From Candidatus Dojkabacteria bacterium HGW-Dojkabacteria-1 (GTDB lineage Bacteria; Patescibacteriota; Dojkabacteria; SC72): a stretch of 64,000 bases of DNA. Every line of letters begins with the position of its first letter. Position 1 is the stretch's first letter. Location of the stretch: contig PHAO01000001.1 of NCBI GenBank assembly GCA_002840365.1, forward strand, positions 652,360 to 716,359, written 5' to 3'. Below, one piece after another: positions 29,641 to 37,705 of this stretch. A program made the position numbers and the translations under genes. Under the pieces are notes generated by a model that worked only from the letters and a program-made list of their open reading frames with translations, did not search any database and was not told the origin of the DNA.

Positions 29641-30366
29641 ATGAACGATATGATGGGCTTTATCATAGGTATTGTATTTGTAATTGTCCCTATAGCAATA
29701 GTAGGAACAGTTGTATATATGATAGTTCAATCAGCTAAAAACAAGGATGCTAAATTTAAAATATCTGCGAAAACACTCTTTCAAATCTACCTTTTCTTGA
29801 TATCTTTCTTAACTTTAATAATTGCAGTAATTGGTGGTGCAACAGCAATTAAAGCTGCACTTTCATATCAATTTGGAATACCCTTTTCATATACACTTTA
29901 TAAGGCAAATGATTTCACAGAAGCTAAAATGTATGATCCTTACCTTGCCAGAGAAAACTTCACTCCTTGCTACGAAGGAGACCCTATGGTCTTTGGTTCA
30001 AACGAATACTGTTTTAATACACAACTACAAAAGACAGATTTAATTAATGGTCTCACCATATTTGTATCAATGGTTATACTCTTTGCTATACATCAATTTG
30101 CAATAACAAGAATCAAAGGTAAAGAGAAGCTACAATGGCTTTACAAACTATATACCTTTGCATCGTTAATACTGTATAGCATCATTGGATTAGTCTCAAT
30201 TCCAACCTCTATATATCAACTTACTAATTTCCTTTTAGCCGAGCCTGAGAAATATGTTCAATCTACTCCAGAGGCTCCTGCAATGGTTTTAGGAGTAGCA
30301 ATCCTATCTGTACCTCTCTGGATATATTTTCTTAAGAAGACTTCAGATATTAAGGAAGAGGATTAG
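29641..30366 (+). CDS. Multi-pass membrane protein (DUF5671-like)
   Basis: IYLFLISFLTL and LYTFASLIL repeat-like TMs, VPLWIYF; start moved to ATG 29641 because the ORF-track start lies inside tRNA-Tyr. Confidence 0.6.
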   Translation: MNDMMGFIIGIVFVIVPIAIVGTVVYMIVQSAKNKDAKFKISAKTLFQIYLFLISFLTLIIAVIGGATAIKAALSYQFGIPFSYTLYKANDFTEAKMYDPYLARENFTPCYEGDPMVFGSNEYCFNTQLQKTDLINGLTIFVSMVILFAIHQFAITRIKGKEKLQWLYKLYTFASLILYSIIGLVSIPTSIYQLTNFLLAEPEKYVQSTPEAPAMVLGVAILSVPLWIYFLKKTSDIKEED

Positions 30367-30410
30367 GTCTTTAGAAAAGTTTTAAATTTGTAGTATAATC
30401 ATTTCCATAC

Positions 30411-30487
30411 GCTGGATTAGCTCAGTTGGTTAGAGCACATTCATGGTAAGAATGAGGTCCTGAGTTCGACTCTCAGATCCAGCTCCA
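30411..30487 (+). tRNA. tRNA-Thr(GGT)
   Basis: GCTGGAT acceptor, CATTC-AT-GGT-AA-GAATG, GTTCGACTC, CCA. Confidence 0.95.
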
Positions 30488-30643
30488 TTTTTTCAGAAGT
30501 TAGAAAGCAAACAAAAACACACTCAACCTTTTAAAAAGGTCTTTTTAAAAGTATTTTACTTTAGGTTTTCGTTAATCGTATGGCATTAAACTACTTACCA
30601 AAGTTACATACTAAATAGTATCATAAAAAAAGAGGAAAAACAT

Positions 30644-30672
30644 TTGACCTAACCCTTATATTTACATATAAT
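30644..30672 (+). promoter_or_regulatory. Promoter of rpmG-trnW-secE-nusG-rplK-rplA
   Basis: TTGACC-17 nt-TATAAT. Confidence 0.65.
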
Positions 30673-30722
30673 ACTCTGTATTTCCCATAAAATCCTAATT
30701 ATTAATTTTGACGCGTAAAAAG

Positions 30723-30887
30723 ATGGCAAAGGTTAAGAGAGATATAATAGCTTTGAAGTGTACAGAATGCGATAGTAGAAACTATACATCTTACAAAACA
30801 AAGAATATTAAGGAAAAAATTGAAAAGAAAAAATATTGTCCTGTATGTCAAAAACATACTTCACATAAGGAGACTAAGGTTAAATAA
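30723..30887 (+). CDS. rpmG: 50S ribosomal protein L33 (not in ORF track)
   Basis: Manual translation MAKVKRDIIALKCTECDSRNYTSYKTKNIKEKIEKKKYCPVCQKHTSHKETKVK. Confidence 0.95.
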   Translation: MAKVKRDIIALKCTECDSRNYTSYKTKNIKEKIEKKKYCPVCQKHTSHKETKVK

Positions 30888-30907
30888 TTTAGCTGTTTTA
30901 CAGACAA

Positions 30908-30979
30908 GGGCCCATAGTTTCAATGGTAAAACAGTGGTCTCCAAAACCATAGTTCTCCGTTCGAGTCGGAGTGGGCCTG
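30908..30979 (+). tRNA. tRNA-Trp(CCA)
   Basis: GGGCCCA/TGGGCCT acceptor, GTGGT-CT-CCA-AA-ACCAT, position between rpmG and secE. Confidence 0.93.
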
Positions 30980-30989
30980 CTTAAAAAAT

Positions 30990-31199
30990 ATGAATATAAT
31001 AAGAAATATAATAACAGAATTAAAACAGACAGAGTGGCCCAGTATGGACCAATTGGCAAAATTAACGATATATACACTGATTCTTTGTGGTATAATCGCT
31101 TTGCTAATACTCGGTATTGATCTTGTTCTTTTCTGGTTAAGAGACCTTTGGTTTGGTGAACAAGATGCAACAATAAGTAATTTAATATTAAATCTATAA
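30990..31199 (+). CDS. secE: Preprotein translocase SecE
   Basis: ELKQTEWPS + single TM + D, upstream of nusG. Confidence 0.9.
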   Translation: MNIIRNIITELKQTEWPSMDQLAKLTIYTLILCGIIALLILGIDLVLFWLRDLWFGEQDATISNLILNL

Positions 31200-31207
31200 A
31201 ATTAGGA

Positions 31208-31759
31208 ATGGCAGACGAAGTAAAAAAAGTAAATCCTAAAGCTAAGTGGTACGTTCTAAATATTAGAACTGGATATGAAAATAGTATTAAGAAGGAATTA
31301 CAACAAAGAATTGAAGCAACAGGATTACAGAACAAAATTGAAGAAATTTTAGTACCTGTTCAAAAGAAAATTTTTGTTAAAAAAGGTAAACAGGATGTTA
31401 AGGAAGATAAGCTATTCCCTGGATATGTATTAATAAAAATGGAATTAAATGAGAATACTTGGGACATAGTTAAGAATACTGAAGGAGTAAGAGGTTTTGT
31501 AAAGACAGATAAATATCCAAAACCACTACCCGAAGCAGAAGTAAAAGCCATTATGAAATTCATGGAAGTAGAACAACCTTCATACCAAAGCTCATTTAGC
31601 GTTGGCGAAGCAGTTAAGATTACAGATGGAGCATTTGCAGGTTTCATTGGTAGTGTTCAAGCAATTGATAATACAAAAGGTAAGATAAAAGTCCTCATAT
31701 CTTTCCTTGGTAGAGAAGCACCTGTTGAACTTGATTTCTCACAAGTCAACAAGCTTTAA
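31208..31759 (+). CDS. nusG: Transcription factor NusG
   Basis: KWYVL, LFPGYVLI, KOW GEAVKITDGAFAGF. Confidence 0.97.
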   Translation: MADEVKKVNPKAKWYVLNIRTGYENSIKKELQQRIEATGLQNKIEEILVPVQKKIFVKKGKQDVKEDKLFPGYVLIKMELNENTWDIVKNTEGVRGFVKTDKYPKPLPEAEVKAIMKFMEVEQPSYQSSFSVGEAVKITDGAFAGFIGSVQAIDNTKGKIKVLISFLGREAPVELDFSQVNKL

Positions 31760-31783
31760 AATATATATTTGATTAGTACTAAT

Positions 31784-32209
31784 ATGGCAAAGGAAATAAA
31801 AAAGATAATAAAGATTACAATTCCAGCAGGACAAGCAACACCTGCACCTCCAATTGGTCCAACATTGGCACCATATGGAATCTCAACTCAGGAATTTTGT
31901 ACTCAATTTAACGAAAAAACAAGAGAGGGAAATGGTATTCTTACACCTGTAATAATTACAATCTATGAAGATAGATCGTTTGATTTCATAACTAAGACTC
32001 CTCCTACATCAGAATTGATTAGAAGAGAGATAAAGATAAAGAAAGGTTCTGCAAGACCTAACTTAGATAAAGTTGGAAAACTTTCTAAGGAGCAAATTCT
32101 AAAAATTGTAGAGGTAAAGATGCCCGACTTAAACACTTCAGACCCTGAGCAAGCAGCAAAGATTGTAGCGGGAACTGCAAGACAGATGGGTGTAGAAACA
32201 GAAATATAA
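31784..32209 (+). CDS. rplK: 50S ribosomal protein L11
   Basis: AGQATPAPPIGP, FITKTPP, GTARQMG. Confidence 0.97.
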   Translation: MAKEIKKIIKITIPAGQATPAPPIGPTLAPYGISTQEFCTQFNEKTREGNGILTPVIITIYEDRSFDFITKTPPTSELIRREIKIKKGSARPNLDKVGKLSKEQILKIVEVKMPDLNTSDPEQAAKIVAGTARQMGVETEI

Positions 32210-32227
32210 CGTATTAATAAAAATAGA

Positions 32228-32917
32228 ATGAAAAGAGGTAAAAAATATACAAAAGTAGTAAAGAACCTAGATAGGACAGTAGCATATACAGTAGAGTCTG
32301 CTGTTAAGGAGGCTAAAAAGACTTCTTACAGTAGCTTTGTTGGTACATTAGAGGTTCACTTTGATATTAAGATTCCAAAGGACAAAGATCCAAAATCTAT
32401 CAAAGGAGCATTAGCACTCCCCCACTCTAGTGGAAGTAAGAATGTAAAAGTTGCAGTATTTGCAACACCTGATATGGATAAAATAGCTACAGATGCTGGT
32501 GCAGATTTTGTTGGATTAGATAGTCTAATTAAAGATATTAAAGCAGGTAAGATTGAATTTGATGTCGCAATTGCTACTCCATCTGTAATGCCAAAGATTG
32601 CAATATTAGGTAAAGAATTAGGTCCAAAAGGATTAATGCCTAATCCCAAAAACGGGACTGTAACAGATGATATTGCTCAAGCAGTAAGTGAATACAAAAA
32701 AGGTAAACAGACATTCGCATGTGATACCTCAGGGGTTATTCATATGACAGCAGGAAAACTAGATTTGGATGATGAAAAATTGGTAGAAAATGTACACGCA
32801 TGTGTAATTGCTTTAGAAGAAGTATTAGGAAAAGTATATACCCAAGCAATAGACAGGATGCATTTAGCACCAACAATGGGGCCTAGCTTCAAGATTGAGT
32901 ACAGCAAACCAGAATAG
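32228..32917 (+). CDS. rplA: 50S ribosomal protein L1
   Basis: LPH, LGPKGLMPNPKNGTVT, TMGPS. Confidence 0.97.
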   Translation: MKRGKKYTKVVKNLDRTVAYTVESAVKEAKKTSYSSFVGTLEVHFDIKIPKDKDPKSIKGALALPHSSGSKNVKVAVFATPDMDKIATDAGADFVGLDSLIKDIKAGKIEFDVAIATPSVMPKIAILGKELGPKGLMPNPKNGTVTDDIAQAVSEYKKGKQTFACDTSGVIHMTAGKLDLDDEKLVENVHACVIALEEVLGKVYTQAIDRMHLAPTMGPSFKIEYSKPE

Positions 32918-32939
32918 CATATTCAAAAAAATAAGTATT

Positions 32940-32966
32940 AAAGACCTCTTTTAAGAGGTCTTTTTG
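32940..32966 (+). terminator. Intrinsic terminator after rplA
   Basis: AAGACCTCTT-TT-AAGAGGTCTT followed by T-run. Confidence 0.8.
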
Positions 32967-33023
32967 TTTGATATGCTAAATATCCTTTACCAAAGGGCTT
33001 TTTTCAAGTATAATTCGTCGCAA

Positions 33024-33312
33024 CAAACCAACCGGTATTGTTAGCTCTCGAAAAATCCGACAAAAACATTACAAGGAGAAATCATGACCCCAACAGCACG
33101 TACGAACGGTAACGTTAATTGTGTTGATTGCACTCGCGAAGGCGCTGAGTGCGAAGGTTGTAAAACCGATGGATTGACTGCCGCTGACCTCATAGGGGTC
33201 TACACAGAGGGGATGTCAATTGAGGAATTGGCAGAATTTTATGAGAATATCTTGGAAACGGAGGATTTAAAGCCGATATAATTGTTTTAATATTGGTAAT
33301 TAGGTTGGTTTG
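33024..33312. repeat. Perfect 10-bp inverted repeat enclosing the small ORF
   Basis: CAAACCAACC (33024-33033) / GGTTGGTTTG (33303-33312). Confidence 0.7.
33084..33281 (+). CDS. Small acidic protein with CxxC-x6-CxxC motif
   Basis: TATAAT at 33009-33014, strong AAGGAG RBS just before ATG, CVDC...CEGC, acidic C-terminal helix. Confidence 0.6.
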   Translation: MTPTARTNGNVNCVDCTREGAECEGCKTDGLTAADLIGVYTEGMSIEELAEFYENILETEDLKPI

Positions 33313-33313
33313 A

Positions 33314-33368
33314 CAAGAGAGAACGGTAGATTGCTTTCTACATCGCATCATATTGCCGTTCTCTCTTG
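33314..33368. repeat. 15-bp stem hairpin without a U-tract
   Basis: CAAGAGAGAACGGTA / TGCCGTTCTCTCTTG (one G-U pair). Confidence 0.75.
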
Positions 33369-33394
33369 ACCAATCCTAAGTATATCATATATAA
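33366..33394 (+). promoter_or_regulatory. rplJ-rplL promoter
   Basis: TTGACC-17 nt-TATAAT. Confidence 0.65.
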
Positions 33395-33404
33395 TCACCT
33401 CAGT

Positions 33405-33458
33405 AATTATCCTAAGAAACATGGTACAAAAATAAATCCATGCGAGGAAATTGATAAT
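33405..33458 (+). promoter_or_regulatory. L10 leader (rplJ autoregulatory RNA)
   Basis: CCTAAGAAACATGG ... CCATGCGAGG resembles the AAGAC-stem-CGAGG layout of L10 leaders; directly upstream of rplJ. Confidence 0.6.
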
Positions 33459-33486
33459 TCAACATATTAATTAAGTAATACATACG

Positions 33487-34008
33487 ATGTCTAAAAGTCG
33501 TACCCAAAAGGAAGAGTTACTTAAAAAGTATAAAGATTTAATAGAATCTAAATCTGGATACCTTTTAGTAAACTCCGATAAGATTGATACTGCAACAGTA
33601 ACAGGTCTTAAAATACAACTAAAGGATGTAGATGCAAACTTTACAGTTGTAAAAAACAGTATTTTTAAAGTAGCTTTGCAAGAAACAGATCAACCATTAC
33701 AAGTACAGGAATTTGATGGTCCAACAGCTATCATTTCATTTGAAGAAGATCCAACAGCACCAGCAAAGCTAGTAAAGAAGATGCAAAAAGAAACAGAACT
33801 CTTAGAGCCAAGAAGCGGTGTATATGAGGGAGAGTTCTTAAGTGCAGAAAGAGTTATGCAATTAGCAGAAATTCCATCAAGAGAAGTTCTATTATCAAGA
33901 CTTGTTGGAACTATGAATGCTCCTTTAACTGGCTTTATGAATGCAGTTACAGGTAACGTAAGAGGTTTAACAGTAGTACTAAAAGGTATTGCTGAAAGTA
34001 AATCGTAA
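33487..34008 (+). CDS. rplJ: 50S ribosomal protein L10
   Basis: [23 protein letters not shown]. Confidence 0.95.
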   Translation: MSKSRTQKEELLKKYKDLIESKSGYLLVNSDKIDTATVTGLKIQLKDVDANFTVVKNSIFKVALQETDQPLQVQEFDGPTAIISFEEDPTAPAKLVKKMQKETELLEPRSGVYEGEFLSAERVMQLAEIPSREVLLSRLVGTMNAPLTGFMNAVTGNVRGLTVVLKGIAESKS

Positions 34009-34040
34009 TATATTTTAATTTAATTTATTTATTTACCCAA

Positions 34041-34445
34041 ATGTCAGACGAAGCAAAAACACTTCCAACATTAACAGAGAATGCACAGAAAGTAATCGAA
34101 ATGGTTGAAAAAATGACCGTTTTAGAACTTGCAGACCTTGTTAAGGTTATGGAAGACAAGTTTGGAGTAAGTGCAGCTGCTCCAGTAGCAGTAGCAGCAG
34201 CTCCAGCAGAAGCAGCTCCAGTAGAAGAAGAGAAATCTTCATTCAACATTGTTCTTAAAGATGCAGGAGCAAACAAGATTGGTGTAATCAAGGTAGTAAG
34301 AGAGATTACAGAGCTTGGATTAAAAGAAGCTAAAGATCTTGTAGAAGCAGCTCCTCAAACAGTAAAAGAATCTGTTAAGAAGGAAGATGCAGAAGCTATT
34401 AAAGCTAAATTTGAAGAAGCAGGTGCAACTGTAGAGTTAGCATAA
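34041..34445 (+). CDS. rplL: 50S ribosomal protein L7/L12
   Basis: [35 protein letters not shown]. Confidence 0.97.
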   Translation: MSDEAKTLPTLTENAQKVIEMVEKMTVLELADLVKVMEDKFGVSAAAPVAVAAAPAEAAPVEEEKSSFNIVLKDAGANKIGVIKVVREITELGLKEAKDLVEAAPQTVKESVKKEDAEAIKAKFEEAGATVELA

Positions 34446-34467
34446 TTGCATATCAAATTAAGAAATT

Positions 34468-34493
34468 AAAGAGGTCTTTATGACCTCTTTTTT
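34468..34493 (+). terminator. Intrinsic terminator after rplL
   Basis: AAAGAGGTC-TTTAT-GACCTCTTT followed by T-run. Confidence 0.8.
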
Positions 34494-34571
34494 CTTTATA
34501 TATATTCGACAATACATACTAATACAAAGTATAATGATGCGGGAATATTCTAATTTTTCAATGTATTATAT

Positions 34572-35237
34572 ATGTTTGAAACTTCAGGCTTAACAGAATG
34601 GATATTACAACATGGAGTATCAAAAATGGCACTTGAGTTACTCATAGCAGTAGCTGTTTTAGCTACTATTGTCAGTATAGCAAGATACGTTATTGGCTCT
34701 AAAACATATGGTATATATGCACCAATACTTTTGGCAATTGCATATTCATATACTGGATTAAAATATGGCCTAGCTATTACCATTATTGTAATACTAACAT
34801 CCCTACTCTCTTACAATGTACTCAAGAGAATTAGAATGCACTACATTACTCGTATTGCTACAAACTATACAATTTTAGCAATGGTATTAGTTCTTTTCTT
34901 TGTGTTGATAGATATGTTTGGATTGGGGTTAGAGAATATGGCAAATATACCACCACTAGCTTTCATCTCTATCGCAGCTCTCTCAGACTTTTTCATCAAA
35001 CAGTATGTTAAAAAATCTTTTGCAGGTTCAATATTAACCTTAACAGGAACAATATTAGTGGCTGCAATCGGATGGTTTGTAATAACTAGGGAAATTATCT
35101 CTGAATATATGATAAACAATCTTTGGGTTCTCCCCTTGCTAACATTAGTAAACTTACTACTCGGTCAGTTTACAGGTTTAAGAATCAAGGATTACTTTAG
35201 ATTCAAACTATCAAACAGAGATGATTCATCTAATTAA
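34572..35237 (+). CDS. 7TM_transglut-type membrane protein (no transglutaminase domain)
   Basis: RYVIGSKTYGIYAP, about 7 TMs, LGQFTGLRIKDYFRF C-terminus typical of the family. Confidence 0.8.
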   Translation: MFETSGLTEWILQHGVSKMALELLIAVAVLATIVSIARYVIGSKTYGIYAPILLAIAYSYTGLKYGLAITIIVILTSLLSYNVLKRIRMHYITRIATNYTILAMVLVLFFVLIDMFGLGLENMANIPPLAFISIAALSDFFIKQYVKKSFAGSILTLTGTILVAAIGWFVITREIISEYMINNLWVLPLLTLVNLLLGQFTGLRIKDYFRFKLSNRDDSSN

Positions 35238-36696
35238 CAACAAATACAAACAGGTTTTAGGATTAAACAGAAGGAACCAAGAGTATGTAAGACCTTATAA
35301 TTCTCCCTCTGCGAAAGCTATTGCAGATAACAAGATTCTTACAAAGAGAATTCTCAAAAAAGAATTCATTCAGACTCCTGATGTATACAAATTAATTAGA
35401 ACAAAAAAACAACTACAGTTTCTAGATTGGGATAGCCTTCCAAAGAGTTTTGTAATAAAGCCTAACAAGGGAACAGGTGGAAACGGAATAATAGTCTTCT
35501 ATGGAAAAAAGAAAGGCCAAGAGGCTTGGATTAGGCCTAATGGCACCATTATGAGTAAAAGAGATATCATTCTTCACATTGAAAATATTCTCGAAGGAAG
35601 ATTCTCAATGGGTTCGAAAAACGACATTGCAATAATAGAAGAAAGAATAAAGACCGATCCACTCCTTAAGCAGTACTCTTACAAAGGTGTTCCTGATATT
35701 AGAATAATCTGTTTTAATCAGGTCCCAGTAATGGGAATGCTTAGATTACCTACTAAAAGGTCAAATGGTACTGCAAACTTACATTCAGGTGCAATATGTA
35801 CAGGTATAGATATGGAATCAGGAATAACTACCTACTCTATGCATATGCAAGCATCAGCTTTTAGATCAGATTCATATAAACTAATAGATTCAACATTAGA
35901 TTTACAAGAAAACAAACAATTAAGTGGAGTACAAATACCATATTGGAATGAAATGTTAGAGATTGCACTTAAGTGTCAAAAAGCTAGTAGACTTGGGTAT
36001 ATAGGGGTAGACATAGCAATAGATGCAGAAAAAGGTCCAGTAGTATTTGAAATAAATGCAAGACCAGGACTTGGCATACAAGTCGCTAATCAAGCAGGTC
36101 TAAGATGGAGATTAGAAAAGGTTAAAGATTTGAAAATAAAGAGCATAAAGCATGGAATTAGAGTTTCAAAAAATCTCTTTGGTGGTGAAATTGAGGAAAG
36201 TATTGAAGCAATTAGTGGTAGAAAAGTTCTAAATATTACAGAAAGAATATCTGTATTTAACAAAGGTACTGATGTATTAAAAATTAAAAGAACAAAAAAT
36301 ATTAAAAAGGAAATAGTTAAAGCATTCATGGATACAGGAATACTTACATCAAGAATCTCCTCTACCCTTGCAAACAGAATAGGGTATCTAAAAGCTACTA
36401 AAGATTTCGAAAACTTTGATATTCCTAAGAGATTTACCAGTTTTAAGGAGGCTCAGGAATATATTGATAAGTATGAGAAAGAGATATGTGAACATCCTGA
36501 TATAAAAAGATTAGCTAAAATCCTAGAAGATGGTGAGATAAAGATAAGGCCTGTTTTTGATATACCAATAAAAATTTCTGATACAGTTAAAGTAACAGAA
36601 TTTGTATCTACGGACGCAGAAGATAGTACATATCAAGTAGTACTTGGTAGATCTGATCTTTCTGGATATTTGATTGATACAAGCAATACCTTCTAA
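35221..36696 (+). CDS. Alpha-L-glutamate-ligase-like (RimK-related) ATP-grasp fused to a retropepsin-like protease domain
   Basis: LGLNRRN, DNKILTK, FVIKPNKGTGGNGI, GVPDIRII, ANLHSGA, GVDI, EINARPGLGIQVAN; C-terminal MDTG...VVLGR. Confidence 0.85.
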   Translation: MIHLINNKYKQVLGLNRRNQEYVRPYNSPSAKAIADNKILTKRILKKEFIQTPDVYKLIRTKKQLQFLDWDSLPKSFVIKPNKGTGGNGIIVFYGKKKGQEAWIRPNGTIMSKRDIILHIENILEGRFSMGSKNDIAIIEERIKTDPLLKQYSYKGVPDIRIICFNQVPVMGMLRLPTKRSNGTANLHSGAICTGIDMESGITTYSMHMQASAFRSDSYKLIDSTLDLQENKQLSGVQIPYWNEMLEIALKCQKASRLGYIGVDIAIDAEKGPVVFEINARPGLGIQVANQAGLRWRLEKVKDLKIKSIKHGIRVSKNLFGGEIEESIEAISGRKVLNITERISVFNKGTDVLKIKRTKNIKKEIVKAFMDTGILTSRISSTLANRIGYLKATKDFENFDIPKRFTSFKEAQEYIDKYEKEICEHPDIKRLAKILEDGEIKIRPVFDIPIKISDTVKVTEFVSTDAEDSTYQVVLGRSDLSGYLIDTSNTF

Positions 36697-36714
36697 TATA
36701 TTTTAGGAAAATAT

Positions 36715-37695
36715 ATGCAAAAAACTTACGAACAATATTTACAAGAAGCAGGAAACGTACATCTTGCCTACTATATTGAAGCTGCAGATATTTTAGGAAT
36801 TAAATACGAAATAGTTAAGAAATCCTTAATGGCTAGATTTGAATACAACAACAGACACTGGTTTATCATTAATACTGCAACACCTCTTACTAATACAACA
36901 AGTACGACTATAGCTAAAAGAAAAAATCTTACTAATGAGGTATTAGCGAAAGCAGGAATTGCAGTACCAAAACAGGTACCACTAAGAGATAAGAAAGATG
37001 CAGTAAAGTTTTTTGATGAATATAAAAATATTGTCATAAAGCCATCTCAACAACTTGGAGGGATAGGCGTTACCCTACTTCCCAAAGATAAGAGACAGGT
37101 AGAAAAAGCCTTTAAGCATGCTCTCTCAAAATCAAAATCAGGAGATACAGCAAAAGTAATAGGAGAAGAATTCATAGAAGGAGAAAATTATAGACTTCTG
37201 GTTGTTGGTGATTCTGTTGTAGGCATTGTAAGAAGAAAGGCAGCATTTGTCATAGGTAATGGAAAGGATAATATTAAAAAATTGATTGAAGAGAAGAATA
37301 CTTTAAGAAAACAAAATATGCTTAAACCAATTCTCATAGATAACGAGGTAAAGCTGAGATTGGAAAATTTAAAAATAAATCTAAGATATATTCCAAAAGA
37401 TGGTGAGGAAGTTTTATTAAGATATAACTGTAACCTAACAACTGGTGGTACTACACAAGAGTGTGCTAGTGAGGCACATCAGTACTATAAAGATTTAGCT
37501 ATTAATGCTGTAAAAGCAATTGGTACACAGTTTGGTGGAGTAGATATAATTACTCCTGATATTACACAACCTGCCAAATGTGGTGTGAATGAAATAAACT
37601 ACAACCCTGGACTTCGTTTACACTATAAGGCAGACGAAGGAGAGGCCGTAAAGGTTGCTGTTCCAATAATGGAATATATAGTAAATAATATTTAA
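36715..37695 (+). CDS. Cyanophycin-synthetase/GshF-type stand-alone ATP-grasp ligase
   Basis: KNLTNEVL..AGIAVP, VIKP..LGGIGV, EEFIEGENYRLLV, VIGNG, NLTTGG, GVDII, EINYNPG. Confidence 0.8.
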   Translation: MQKTYEQYLQEAGNVHLAYYIEAADILGIKYEIVKKSLMARFEYNNRHWFIINTATPLTNTTSTTIAKRKNLTNEVLAKAGIAVPKQVPLRDKKDAVKFFDEYKNIVIKPSQQLGGIGVTLLPKDKRQVEKAFKHALSKSKSGDTAKVIGEEFIEGENYRLLVVGDSVVGIVRRKAAFVIGNGKDNIKKLIEEKNTLRKQNMLKPILIDNEVKLRLENLKINLRYIPKDGEEVLLRYNCNLTTGGTTQECASEAHQYYKDLAINAVKAIGTQFGGVDIITPDITQPAKCGVNEINYNPGLRLHYKADEGEAVKVAVPIMEYIVNNI

Positions 37696-37705
37696 TGCCC
37701 AAAAC

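Noticed and set aside
30488-30640. AT-rich palindromes (ACCTTTTAAAAAGGT, TTTTAAAA) after tRNA-Thr
   Set aside because: Explained as a weak terminator or low-complexity sequence; no repeat array or clear DnaA-box cluster seen
30898-31335. 145-aa minus-strand ORF
   Set aside because: Antisense shadow of tRNA-Trp, secE and nusG
32940-34493. Shared GACCTCTT/AAGAGGTC stem in two hairpins
   Set aside because: Both are ordinary intrinsic terminators; too short and too few to call a repeat family
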